Made by a program: the position numbers and the translations under genes. Under the pieces are notes generated by a model, which had not been told where the DNA came from, ran no database searches, and saw nothing but the letters and a program-made list of their open reading frames with translations. This document shows positions 12,117 through 24,950 of a stretch of DNA of 64,000 nucleotides, piece by piece. The first letter of the stretch is position 1. Each line of letters opens with the position of its first letter. The DNA is from Malacoraja senta (lineage: Eukaryota): contig CM075990.1 in NCBI GenBank assembly GCA_038087875.1, positions 11,658,001-11,722,000 of the forward strand. The letters run 5' to 3'.

Positions 12117-12795
12117 CAGGCATGGAAATCGCTGTCAAAACATGGGGGGGGGGGGGACACAATTTCTTGGCGGCCCCGCGCGCGCGCGCAAACGCACACA
12201 CACATGCTTGCGCGCACATGCGCACACACGAGATGTTTCGGCCATGGTCCCTATGGACAATAACATTGGCAACTGACCTCGTTGGTGACTGACTCCGAAC
12301 TCCGGAAACAGCAGCTTCCGCCCCGAATCGTGGGGCTTCAATCGGCCCGTTCGCGAGGCCTTTCATCACCCGGCGGGGGCTTCAACATCGGGAGCCTTGA
12401 TCGCCTCGATGCAGCAATTTGACCGCGGGGCGGTGGAAGATCCCGCGGCCGATTTTAAGCTGCGCTGGGCCGGGTGATGAAAAGCCCCGCGAACAGGAGG
12501 ATTCAAGCTCCGCTCTGATCTTTGCTCCACCAGGACATCTCCCTCCTCCAATCATCGTACTGAATCATCATGCCCCCACCCCCTACCACTGCCTGCTGAC
12601 GGACGTCTCTCTCGTCCAATCGGCGCCCTCGATCATCAGTCCCCACCCCCACTGTCTCGCGGAAAGCAGAGATTTTAAATCGCTTTTTTTTTCACTGAGT
12701 TTCAAAATCCGGATTACAAAATATGGGGGGGATTGTCACCCACCTCTCAAAACAGGGGGGGTGTCCCCCCTGTCCCCCCAGGATTTCCGCCCCTG
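12117..12795. mobile_element. hAT-type non-autonomous element inserted in a Penelope repeat
   Basis: Ends CAGGCATGGAAATC / GATTTCCGCCCCTG, flanked by duplicated TCTGAAG; same terminal regions as 20678-21326 in opposite orientation. Confidence 0.75.
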
Positions 12796-13795
12796 TCTGA
12801 AGTAGGGTTCCACCCCGAAGTAGGGCCACCCATCCCTTTTCTCCACTTCATGCCTTTTGACCTGTGTGTGTATCAAGGGCCATCTGTTCCAATTACAACA
12901 CCTTGTGCTGAACTGGGATGTGAGAACCAGCCTTTGTCCTGAGACCCGGCAGTGAAGAAGGGTCTCGACCCGAAACTTCACCCATTCCTTCTCCCAGAGA
13001 TGCTGCCTGTCCCGCTGAGTTACCCCAGCATTTTGTGTTTATCTTCTGGGGTGGGCTGCATGACAATGTGGGAGTGGAGTGAGGGGCGTGGGGTGCGTTT
13101 TGAAAGTGCGAGTGTGGGAGCTCTCACAGGGCAGGGAGGCAGTGGCGGCTTGAAGCTCTGCTGCTGGGCAGGACTGAGGGAGGGCAGCACTATGGGAGGT
13201 TCTTTGGATGGGACATTCGGTGGTTCCGCACTCAGGTAGACTTAAACAATGTCACGGTATTACTTCAAGGAGACAGCAAATTGTCCTGACCAACATCTAA
13301 CCCCCATAGACGTACAAGTTTGTAGGTTACTTGGTTTGGTATAACTGTAAAATCGGCCCTGGCGTGTGTTGGATAGTGTTAATGTGCGGGGATTGCTGGT
13401 CGGTGCGGACTCAGGTCAGCTGAAGGGCCTGTTTCCGCGCTGTATCTCAAAGACTAAAACTAACCAACATCACCAAAGCAGATTATCTGGTCACAATCAC
13501 ATTTGCTGTTTAAATCACAAAAAGGTCCTTTTGTGTATTACACAGCATCTGGAGTTCTTTGTTTCCACACTTGCTGTTTGTCGTACATACGTTGCCTTAC
13601 TTCCTACAACAGTTGCCCACACTTCAGAGAGTGCTTAATTGACCTTACACCAGTGCGTTGTGATGGAATGGGTGGGGAGGTGGGAGTGCTGGGTGACATT
13701 AAAGGAGCTATAGGAATGCAAGCTTCCTTTTTATCTCTGATTCACCGAATAATCGGCGAACGTGAAAAAAAAGGGAATCAGATACCCAGTGGATG

Positions 13796-14137
13796 TTTTA
13801 GTTTAGTTTAGTTTAGAGATACGGCGAGGAAGCAGGCCCTTCGGCCCAGCTAGTCCGCACTGACCCACGATCCCCGCACATTGATACTACCCGACACACA
13901 CCAGGGACAACTTACACTCATACCAAGTCTATTAACCCAAGCCAATTCACCAACAAACAAAACCTGGACGTCTTTGGAGTGTGCGAGGAAACCGTAGATC
14001 TCGGAGAAAACCTATGCAGATCACGGGGAGAACGCGCAAACTCCGTACAGACAGCACTCGTAGTCGGGATTGAACCCGGGTCTTTGGCGCTGCAGGCGCT
14101 GTAAGGCAGCAACTCTACCGCTGTGCCACCGTGCCAC
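13796..14137 (-). mobile_element. Full-length V-SINE (HE1-like)
   Basis: Head, V-domain and tail on the minus strand. Confidence 0.88.
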
Positions 14138-15352
14138 CCTAACGCTGTATTCCAGGTCACATTTGCAGGAAGTAGGAAGTACCACCCATACGTTTACATT
14201 CTACAAGTTGTACAAACGCACATTCTCCCACTTTGCAGCCGATTTTCACGCGCGCCCTTCATCCAACGCCCTTCATGGTTCTTTGCGGTCAGGGATGGTT
14301 TGCTTTTCTCCTGCACTCTCGGTTACTCTCTGTCCTTGGCGTCTCCTTGTGCTGTTCTCACTCCCCTTTGCATTCCTTCTGTCGGTCCCTCTCGTGAACA
14401 AACAGAGATTGCTTTGTGCTCATCAGGCCCATTGTGAGAGCGGGGCGGGCAGATTTATCATTGAGACGCTGTGGTAATTGCCAGGGAGGGGTCGTTGGAC
14501 ACAGGGAATGGATAATTGATCTAATGGCCTGAGTGGAACTGTAACTAGCTGCCCGTTTTGCAGAGTGCACATGTTAAACGCTGCACGTTGTGTCAGATCC
14601 TCTCTGCTCCATTTTAATGTTCTAATTTAATTTGTTGGCAAGCCACAGAGTTTGCAACCCATTATAATTACGTGTTATTTTGTTCTTCTGAGCGTAATGC
14701 CAACAAAATCGTAAAATAAAACAACTCAAAGCAGCAAATTGCAGTAAGACTTTTTTAAAAGAAGCCCGATGAGGGTTTGTTTCTGTCCAGAAACATAAAA
14801 AGCCTCCAGGAAGCTCTGACTCATGAAACAGTTTGAGAGGTCTAGTGATTGGTACACTGCAAATGCTGGCCAGTATTCAGTGATTACTCCGCATGGCTGA
14901 GAGCAGCAGGGGGTCGTGGTTGGTGGGGGGGGTGGGGGGGGTGGGGGGGGGGGGTCGGAATTCCCAAGGCATTTTTTTTTAAACAAATTCGTATTCCCCA
15001 AATGTGGATCAGCTTCCACTGGGGAGTTCCACTTGGGAATTGGTGGAATCACAGGAGGGAATGAAGGTGTGGGATCTGTGCTGAGTGCAGGAATATCAAG
15101 AAGCACAATGGTTCAATGGTTTATTGTACAATGAAATACATTTTTTTCTTTCAAAGAGCTCAGCAAGACTATGACCATGCAGAAATGCAATCTCCCTGTT
15201 AGTACAGAATGGACAGCACACTGGGTGGGGCTTGATCTCAGGTCTTTGATATTAGTAGCATCACTGAGACAAGGCAAACATCAAGATTGAGAGAAAAGGG
15301 TGCTCTTCAGATGTACAGATTGGTAACTAATAACTACATCATTTACCAAAGA

Positions 15353-15842
15353 ATACAGGTTTGTAGGTTAATTGGCTTGGTAAATGTAAAAATTGTCCTC
15401 GTGGGTATAGGATAGTGCGGGGATCGCAGGTCGGTGCAGACCCGGTGGGCCGAAGGGCCTGTTTCCACACTGTATTTCTAAACTAAACTAAACAGGAGAG
15501 TAAATGCAGGCCAGTGCTTCAAGTTTACTTTAGCTTAGTTTAGAGATACAGCGTGGAAACAGGCCCTTCGGCCCACCGGGTCCGCGCCGAGCTGCGATCC
15601 CCGCACTATCCTATACCCACTAGGGACAATTTTTACATTTACCAAACCAATTAACCTACATACCTGTATGTCTTTGGATAGTGGGAGGAAACCGAAGATC
15701 ACGGAGAAAACCCACGCAGGTCACTCAGGGAGAACGTACAAACTCCGTACAGACAGCACCCGTAGTCGGAATCGAACCCGGGTCTCCGGTGCTGCAAGCG
15801 CTGTAAGGCAGCAACTCTACCGCTGTGCCACCGTGCCGCCCT
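15353..15842. mobile_element. Tail-to-tail V-SINE pair (15353-15493 +, 15522-15842 -)
   Basis: Two family copies in inverted orientation about 30 bp apart. Confidence 0.85.
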
Positions 15843-16872
15843 CGTTTAGTTTATCGTTACATGTACAGATATACAGTGAGAAGCATTGTTTCACATGCTA
15901 TCCAGTCAAATCGAGTCATGAGGACAATCATACAGAATTGAAGGGAATAAGAGTAGAACTTCTGGAACAGCACATAGAGAGTTGCCAAGACTAGTTTAGA
16001 TGGGACATCTTGCTCAGCATGGACAAGCGGGGCCGAAGGGCCTCTTTCCATGCTCTATATCTATGAATCTAAACTCCGACACCATCTTAAAACCTCTCAA
16101 GTCTCTGAAATCAAGTCTGATCTTGGTTTGCAAAAGACAAGGAAAGAGGCAATATTGGCAAGTCAGTGGTGTGGTGGCAGTGCGTAGAACTTTGTTCAAC
16201 CCTCCTACACCCATTCCCATCCCCCCCACCCCCACCCCCACCCCCCGCTTCATCATGTCCCTCCGTTCCTTTCTCCTTCCAGCTTACCCTCAGATCACCT
16301 CTGCCATTCGCCTGAATGGCCCTTGTGTGAGCAAGTTCTGGGTGAAATAAAGCTCCAGAATTTCCTACTTTATCAGTAAATGTATTACAGTTATGGCTGT
16401 ACTCGTATTCTCCCATCTATACTAGCAATTTAACATTTAATATGCCAACCCTATTTATAACTTTTAACGGTCTCTCGTGTTTTTTCTTTGTAAAAAAAAA
16501 AAGAGCCATAATGTGCTTAGACTCCAGGTGGAATACATTAAATTTAGTTTCTTCTCTGTGAATCTTTGCACGTTCCTCTTATGGATTATGGAGGCCACGA
16601 CTGAGGGCAGATCTCCCACTGAGATGATTTGATCATTCCTCGTGCAGTCAAAGGCAGCGGCAACATTTCTGACTTTGTGCACAGAATTTGGTGACTCGTG
16701 CCCTCAATTGACTGCATTTCAGTCATTGGAAATCACCTTGCTTTTATTGGGAGAAGTCTTTTCTAAGGGAGAACCGGAAATGTGGAGAATAGGAGCACAA
16801 CGGTGATTGAGATACACCACCTGGTTCAGTGGTCGCATCACATCCTGGTTCGGCAACTCAAATACCCAGGAA

Positions 16873-17295
16873 CGGGCGGCACAGTGGCATAGCCGTCGAG
16901 CGCCAGAGACCCGGGTTCGATCCCGACTACGGGTGCTTGCCTGCACGGAGTTTGTGCGTTCTCCCCATGACCTGTGGGGCTTTTCACCCAGATCTTGGGT
17001 TTCCTCCCACACTCCAAAGACGTACAGGTTTGTAGGTTAATGGGCTTGGTATAAATGTTTTAAAAAATTGTCCCTTTCTGTAGTTGTCAATGGCATAAAA
17101 TGCACCACCGACTTCCGTTGACTCTGATACTTCAGGCAGACTGAACCAAGCCCACATCATGCACGAGATGCATTTAATCAACCTACCCCTGTGTGTAGGA
17201 TAGTGTTAATGTGCGGGGATCACTGGTCAGTACGGACTCAGCGGGCCGAAGGGCCTGTTTCCGCAAAGTATGTTTAAACTAAACGAAACTAAACA
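16873..17295 (+). mobile_element. V-SINE interrupted by a 111-bp insertion (17076-17186)
   Basis: SINE consensus aattgtccct|gtgtgtagga is split by foreign sequence, with CCCT on both sides. Confidence 0.8.
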
Positions 17296-17770
17296 AAGGA
17301 GATTACACAAAGTGGTGGACACTGTCTGGTCCAACACAGGTACTGACCTCCCCACCACATTGATTGCCTCCCTGTCATCAATAGGAGGCGCTGCTTCTCA
17401 AAGGCAGCCAGCATCATCAAGGACCCACCCAACCCTGGCCACACTCTCATTTCACTCCCACCATCAGGAAGTGGCGAGCAATCCCACCGTTGAAAACACC
17501 AAACTCCAACTAAACTGTTTCCAGCTGTTATCAGGCAACGGAACAGGCCTCTCATCAGCTAGAGTGATAGTGATGTTCTGACCTCCCATCTACCTCATTG
17601 GAGACCTCCTAACTATCTTTTATTAGGCGTCATCTTGCGTTATATGTTTTATCCTTTATCTGTACTGTGGATGGCTTGATTGGAATCATGTACAGTCTTC
17701 TTTCACTGGATAGCATGCAAACAGAAGTTTCTCATTATAACCTGGTACATATGACAACTATAATCTAAAC
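17296..17770 (+). mobile_element. Rex1/Babar-like LINE 3' fragment
   Basis: Degenerate match to LQKVVxTAQSIIGxDLPT...AASIIKDPxHPGH...NxFPAVIR, then 3' UTR; same family as 62765-62945. Confidence 0.7.
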
Positions 17771-17814
17771 TACATTGCAGTAGGGACTTTAGGCTCTTGT
17801 TTGGTTTTGCACTA

Positions 17815-18120
17815 CATTGTTTTTTTTATTTTTTTTTTATTTGTATTTTATTAGAAGTACATTACATTACAACCACATACATTAGTACTCGTCATTTATA
17901 TCTTCTTACAATTAATGTACTCCATTTATTTTTTACACTAGAAAAGGAAAAGATTGAAAGAAAGAAGAAAGTGAAAGAAAAAGTGAAAGTGTTAGGAAAT
18001 GTGACAACAAAAAAGGACAAAGACCCTATAAGAGCAAAATTAAAAACAAAAGAAAAAAAGTTAAGAAATAGACCCTAGGAAAGAAAGAAAGAGAGAAAGA
18101 GGAAAAAGAGAAAAACAAAT
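17815..18120 (-). mobile_element. Probable L1 3' UTR/poly(A) remnant
   Basis: T-rich tail plus ttttattagaagtac, the reverse complement of a tacttctaataaaa end like that of the L1 at ~29510; similar remnant at 35330-35590. Confidence 0.5.
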
Positions 18121-20088
18121 ATTTTTATGAGCATTACGTAAATGGGACATACCAGCTCTTGTTTTTTTAATTGAACTTATTTTTTGTTTATTTATTATAT
18201 TATCTCCTGAGTACTATGTTTACTGTTGCTGTTGTGCTGCTGCAAGTAAGAATTTCATTGTTCTGTTTTGGTATATATAACAATTAAACACTCTTGCCTA
18301 TTGAAGATGGACACAAAATGCTGGAGTAACTCAGGGGGACAGGCAGCATCTCTGGAGAGAAGGAATGGCTGACATTTCGGGTCGAGACCCTTCACTCTTA
18401 ACTATTGAAGATAGTCACTAAATGCTGCCTGTCCCGCTGAGTTACTCCAGCATTTTGCGTCTATCTTCTGTTTAAACCAGCATTTGCAGTTCCTTCCGAC
18501 CCACCCTTGACTATTGACTCTCGAAGGGAGTTTGCTACGCATTTACAACCACAGCCATTTACAACTCATGAACATCTTACAAAGTGGGACAATAGGTTTT
18601 CAGATACAGCAACAGCACGGTGGCGTAGCGGTAGAGTTGCTGCCTTAGTGTCAGGGACCCAGGTTCGATCCTCACTATGTGTACTGTCTGTACAGAGTTT
18701 GTACATTCTCCCCGTGACCTGCGAGGGTTTTCTCTGAGATCTCCGGTTTCCTCCCACACTCCAAAGATGTGCAGGTTTGTGGGTTCATCGGCTTGGTATA
18801 AAGGGCTGGTCGGTGCGGACTCGGGGGGCCGAAGGGCCTGTTTCTGCACTGTATCTCTAAACTAAACTAAACTCATGAGTATCTTGCCAAGTGGGACAGC
18901 AGGTTTTCAGATAGGATGTAGGAGATGGCAAATTATAGGAAGGAACTGCAGATGCTGGTTTAAACCGAAAATAGACACAAAAAGCTGGAGTAACTCAGTG
19001 GCACAGGCAGCATCTCTGGAGAGTAGGAACAGGTGACGTTTTGGGTCGAGACCCTTCTACAGACTCTTTATAGTTCAGATAATGTATAGCTGTTTTTCAA
19101 GTATCAGTGAAGTGATGGGAAGATCCTTCATTATCTTGTCTGGGTTGAGGAAGTACAGGGGTTTTCTAAGTGTCCGCCACTGCGTGTTCTTGCCTGAGGA
19201 TCTGTACCAGTGTGTAGAGGAATGAACTGTTGTGCTGGCATTTGTTCTTCTTGGCTGTTTAAACCAGTGATCAATTTGATGAAAGTTTCCTGGTCTTTTA
19301 TAAGTGTTTTCGAGTGAGGCTACCAATGGGAAACAGAACTACCACATAGGTTTCTGCATAGCTGTAAAGGGACATTTAATTAAATTGACACAGGAAGGAA
19401 CTCGTTTAAAGATTTACCAATCACTTGCCAGACCACGTGAGGCAGGGTGGCAATGTTGGGAATTGTCCATACCTCTTCAATGGCCCAACGGTAGTTGACT
19501 GTCCCAAGTAGTGTGGAACAGTGAAATTCATTTTTGATTACAGTTCTGTATAAATATCGCTATACATAAACAGAAGATAGACACAAATTGCTGGGGTAAC
19601 TCAGCAGGGTTGGGCAGCATTTCTCGAGAAAGGGCTATAGGTGACGTTTCAGGCCGAGACACTTCTTCTTGAGCCGAAACATCACCTCATTCCTTTTCTC
19701 CAGAGATGCTGCCTGACCCGCTCAGTTACTCCAGCATTTTGTGTCTATCTTCGGTGTAAACCAGCACCTACAGTTCCTTCACTACACTATACATAAGCAG
19801 TTAGATACACGTTGATGCAGTTCAAGTCTATAGGGGTAGAATACTGAGACAGTTTACAGTCGCCAGATTTGGCACCATTTTCACATCCCAGTTGTTGTAA
19901 TTGCGGGGTTCTTGACCTGAAATTTGACCTGAAACTTAATTTCTGATTCAGGTGCCCATAACAGATTGTTCCGATTAGATTAACAGAGGTAAAGGAAAGG
20001 TGTAGCAACTGAACCGAAGCCCAAAGCAACGTGAAATGTCTTTTGTATAGGATCACATTGAAGCTTTTATTTTCTCTTAGCTTTGAAA

Positions 20089-20179
20089 CCTAGATGGGCC
20101 TGGGGTATTCTGTAATGCCCTAGATGGGCCTGGGGTATTCTGTAATGCCCTAGATGGGCCTGGGGTATTCTGTAATGCC
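20089..20179. repeat. 3 x 30-bp perfect tandem repeat (CCTAGATGGGCCTGGGGTATTCTGTAATGC)
   Basis: Directly visible. Confidence 0.95.
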
Positions 20180-20677
20180 AAAGCAATATGTTTACAGGTT
20201 TGTAGTGACTTCAATGCATCATTACGGAGAGTGAGATCTTGAGAAGATTTCCATCTCATGTTGATTTCTCCGCTGCATCTTGCATTTGCCACCACCCTCT
20301 CACTCCATCCCAATTTGCAACTCTTGCCATCATCTTTGCTTCCCTAATCAGGGAGTATACTTTGTTTCTGGTTATCTATCTAGGCCAGCACGGTGGTGCA
20401 GCTGGTGGAGCGGCTGCCTCACAGCGCCAGGGATCCGGGTTCAATCCTGACCTCGGGAGTTGTCCGTGTGAACCGAGTCCGCGACAACCCACTTCACCCC
20501 ATACACTAACAATTTACAATTTACAGAAGCCAGATAACGTGTCTGAAGAAGGGTCTCGACCTGAAACGTCACCTATTCCTTTTCTCCATAGATGCTGCCT
20601 GACCTGTTGAGTTACTCCAGCTTTTTGTGTCTATCTTCGGTATAAACCAGCATCTGCAGTTCCTTCCTACACACAAC

Positions 20678-21326
20678 CAGGGGCGGAAAACCCGGGGGGG
20701 GGGCCAGAGGAGACACGTTCCCCCCATGTTTTGAGAGGTGGGGGACATCCCCCCCCAAGTTTTTGTGATCCGTATTTTAAAATCTCCGCTTTCCGCGAGA
20801 CAGTGGGGGTGGGACTGATGATCGAGGGCACGATGATTGGAGGAGGAGTGGAGGGGGGGGTGGGACTGAGGATAGAACGAGGCGATTGGAGGAGGGAGAC
20901 GTGGCACAGACCTGCGCCTCATCCGCAGGCAGGATCGATCCCGGCCGGGTCTCCGCCGCTGTCCCGAGTGCCCCCCCCCCCCCTCACGGGTGGCCAGAGA
21001 GGTCGGGAGTCAGACATGAGCTGTGCCCCCAGGCCCACAGCCAGCGCAGAGAAACAGCACTAAATCCAGCTCAACTCTGCCTGTCCTGCCTGGGCTTGCG
21101 GGAAATATGGCCAGCGCGGAGAAGCAGCGCTGGTGTCCCGTCAGTCCAGACAGGGCTGTAGATTAACCCGGTGAGACTGGCAGTGTTGAGCTGCATTTAA
21201 CGCTGGATTGAGCCTCCAAAGCCTCGCGCGCGTGTGTGTGTGTGTGAGTGTGCGCATGGGCGCGCGGCCGCCAAAAAAATTGTGTCCCCCGTCCCCTCCA
21301 TGTTTTGATCGCGAGTTCCGCTCTTG
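20678..21326. mobile_element. hAT-type non-autonomous element
   Basis: Imperfect TIR CAGGGGCGGAA / TTCCGCTCTTG with a perfect 8-bp TSD CACACAAC (20670-20677, 21327-21334). Confidence 0.85.
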
Positions 21327-22002
21327 CACACAACATACAAACCTGTGCCTCTTTGGAAAGTGGGAGGAAACTGGAGGATCCCCGGAGAAAACCCACGCGG
21401 TCACGGGGAGAACGTACAAACTCCATACAGGCAGTACCCATAGCCAGGATCGAACCCGGGTCTCTGCCGCTTTAAGGCAGCAACTCTACCGCTGTGCCAC
21501 CTTGCCGCACACTATTGTACAATGAGTTGCTTGTTTTGAATACTGACATATTTCTTTGGCAGTTCATGGCTGGGTCTCTGTCGCCAGTAGCTGAAAATCT
21601 GCCCATTTTGTTTCCTGATCTCAGTTGTGGGATAAATATTGGCCCAGATTCTATTTCACCCTTTTGAAATAACTCCATGAGAATGGTGCTGTTGGCCCAA
21701 AGTATGATAATACGTCCATTGAATGGTGCAGTTGACAGTGTAACTGTGCTGCAATACCGAAAGGAAGTGTCAGCCTAGACGTTGTGCTTAAATCTCTGGA
21801 GTGAAACTAGATATCACATCTTCTGGCTGTAGGACATGCCTATTACCCATTACATTTAACATTGGCTATCTGATACAACATCACAGAGGGTGTAACCAGT
21901 CCTGTATGTGGCTGCTCAGGGCTGTAATGCGATTAGATTTGGAGATTGCTTTTACCCCACCCTATGTTATAATGGGTACAGAAAGGAACTACAGATTATA
22001 CT

Positions 22003-22506
22003 GAAGATAGACACAAAGTGCAGGAGTAAGTAACTCAGCCGGTCAGGCAGCATCTCTGGAGAAAAAGGATGGCTGACGCTTCGGGTCGGGTCTGAAGAAG
22101 GGTCTCGACCCGAAACGTCACCTATCCTTTTTCTCCAGGGATGCTGCCTGACCCATTGAGTTATGGGGCTGTCCCACTGTGCGAGCTAATTCAAGAGTTC
22201 TCCCGAGTTTCCCCTGATTCGAACTCAGAGAATTACGGTAATAGCCGTTCGTAGGTACTCGGGGCTCTCGTGGACATTTTTCAACATGTTGACAAATCTT
22301 CACGAGTCTTCCCGAGCTTACCGCGTTTCCCGAGTACCTGCCGTTAGCGTTACGAGCCGCTAAGAGACGTTCCGAGCTCCGACGTACCCGCAACGTACAT
22401 TCTACGTACTTACCACGAGTTTGATTTTTGTTTAAACTCGGGAGAGCTCTTGAATTAGCTCGTACAGTGGGGCAGCCCCTTTACTCCAGCACTTTGTGTC
22501 TATCTT
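22003..22506. mobile_element. Inverted Penelope repeat pair with intact hammerhead core at 22088-22123, interrupted by a MITE
   Basis: GGGT-CTGAAGA-A-GGGT-CTCG-ACCC-GAAA-CG-TC-ACCT. Confidence 0.75.
22164..22480. mobile_element. PIF/Harbinger-type MITE, family B
   Basis: TIR GGGGCTGTCCCACTGT / ACAGTGGGGCAGCCCCT with TTA TSD; splits gagtta|ctccagc of the host repeat. Confidence 0.88.
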
Positions 22507-23282
22507 CTAGTTTATAATGGACTGTGCAGGGCAGAGCTCTGGTGCTCAGGTCAATTCCAGAGCATTGACTCCTGTCTTGTGTGGAGGAATTGAATTTACA
22601 ACCTGTGGTTTACAGTCTTACAATTACAATTTACAATCTTAACTTTAAGATTAGCAACTGCAGTACAACCTAATTCTTCCGGTAAGCCACAATGGTAAAC
22701 CTTGCAGAAGATAAATCACTAAGTGTGTCCCATTGCTCCACAACTGCAGTCTGTAACAACAGCTTCCAATTGTAAAATTCCTATAAAATAGCAGTAGGCA
22801 CCAGAAAGCTTTGCAGGGGAGCCATCCTATACAAAACTGACCACAAACTACTCACTATAAACTCAGGCTCAGTCTGAAGAAGGGTCTTGACCCGAAACGT
22901 CACCCATTCCTTCTCTCCAGAGATGCTGCCTGTCCCGCTGAGTTGCTCCAGCATTTGGAGTCTATTTTCACTATAAACTCTGGCAAATATATATCCTCAT
23001 TCGGTTATTCTGTTATTGCCTTCAGTATTTGTTTTTTGCACCACTTCAGATTGCATAGTCGTACAGCATGGAAACAGGCCCTTCAGCCCAAATTGTCCAG
23101 CCCAACCAAGATACCCCAAATAAGCTAATTCCATTTGCCTGCATTTGACCAATATTCCTCTGAACGTTTTCTATCCATGTACTTGTACAAGTGTCGTTTA
23201 AAGGGTGTTATGGTATCTGCCTCAACTACCTCCTCTGGCAGCTTGTTCCATATCCCCACCTACTTTAACTGTCTCCTTGAGA

Positions 23283-23595
23283 TTTTAGACTTTAGAGATA
23301 CAGCATGGAAACAGGCCTTTCTGCCCACATAGCCCATGACAACCAGCGATCATCCCATGTACAGTACTAGCATCATCCTACACACTTGGGACAATTTACA
23401 ATGTTACAGAAGCTAATTAATCTACAAACCTGTACGTCTTTGGAGTGTGCGTGGAAACCAGAGCACCCGGAGAAAACCCGTGCAGTCACGGGGAGAACGT
23501 GGAAACTCCATAGAGACAGCACCCATAGTCAGGATCGAACCTGGATCTCTGGCGCACTAAAACAGCAACTCTATCGCTGCGCCACTGTGCTGTCC
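23283..23595 (-). mobile_element. V-SINE (HE1-like)
   Basis: Family structure on the minus strand. Confidence 0.85.
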
Positions 23596-23624
23596 TTTGG
23601 CAACTCATTCCATATATTTACCAC

Positions 23625-23811
23625 CAGGGCCAGATTTAGATGAAGAGAGGCCCTAGGCTATTCCACTTGTGAGGCCCCTCCCAATCCCCTATGTAAGGCC
23701 CCTCCCAATCAGCCTATGAAGCCTATAGGTAAATCCGGCCCTGCCGAGGCCCCCCTAGATCTCGAGGCCCTAAGCTTAAGCTTGTGAAGCTTATACTTAA
23801 ATCAGGCCCTG
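23625..23811. mobile_element. hAT-like MITE with a duplicated right end
   Basis: Left CAGGGCCAGATTTA; right ends TAAATCCGGCCCTG (to 23743) and TAAATCAGGCCCTG (to 23811); repeated subterminal GAGGCCC; sits inside a CR1 fragment. Confidence 0.7.
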
Positions 23812-23929
23812 TGTGAAAATGGTGACCATCAGGTTCCTATTAAATATTGCCCCTCTCTCTTTAAACCTGTGACCTCTGGTTCCTCAATCTCATACCCTGG
23901 GTTAAAGACTCCCTGCCTTCACCCTACTT

Positions 23930-24227
23930 CGGGCGGCATGGTGGCGTAGCGGTAGAGTTGCTGCCTTATAGCACCGGAGACCCCGGGTTCAATCCCGACT
24001 ACGGGTGATGTCTGCACATAGTTTGTCCGTTCTCCCCGTGACCTGCGTGGGTTTTCTCCCAGATCTTCGGTTTCCTCCCACACTCCAAAGACGTACAGGT
24101 TTGTAGGTCAATTGGCTTGGAATAAAAGTAAATTGTCCCGAGCATGTGTTGGATAGTGTTAATGTGCGGGGATTACTGGTCGGTGCGGACTCGGTGGGTC
24201 GAGGGGCCTGTTTCCGCGCTCTAAACT
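23930..24227 (+). mobile_element. Full-length V-SINE (HE1-like)
   Basis: gggcggcatggtggcgtagcggtagag head, V-domain, tail. Confidence 0.9.
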
Positions 24228-24679
24228 ATCTATTGTACAACAATCTTTGCATCATTTTGCTGTTTTGCATCTGTTTCGCCGTCTATCACCACTGTGTGCG
24301 ATTGACTTTGTGAGCTTCATGTGAACAAGCAAATCATTGCCCCCTGGTGCATATGACAATAAACTCATCTGAATCTGAAGCGGGAAGGTAATTCCAAGAC
24401 TGATAATTGACACGTTGCTTAACTGGGAACGAGTGGATCAGGCAGAGCTGATCTGTGAAGGAGACCTGATGCAAGCTGTTCTTTTAGGCAGCAACCCATG
24501 TATGTGCTGATGTCAGTGGATCTGTTCAGGAAGGAACTGCAGATGCTGGTTTACACCGAAGATAGACACGAAATGCTGGAGTATCTCAGCGGAACAGGCA
24601 GCTGAGTTACTCCAACATTTTGTGTCTGTCGTGGAATCTGATACTACAGTTCTAAGGTACAGTACATTATTAGGTATGA

Positions 24680-24950
24680 AGTGATGCAGCGGTAGAGTTG
24701 TTGCAGTACCAGAGGCCTGGGTTCGATGCTGACTACAGGTGCTGTCTGTATGGAGTTTGCACGTACTCCCTGCGACCGTGTGGGTTTTCTCTGCATCCAC
24801 CGGTTTCCATCCACACCTCAAAGACGCACAGGTTTGTAGGTTATTTGGCTTCGGGTAAACAATTGTTAATTGCTCCCTAGTGTGTAGGATTGTGCTAGTG
24901 TACAGGGTGATTGCTGGTCGGCACGGTCTCATGTCGAAGGGCCTGTTTCA
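24680..24950 (+). mobile_element. V-SINE (HE1-like)
   Basis: Family structure. Confidence 0.8.
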
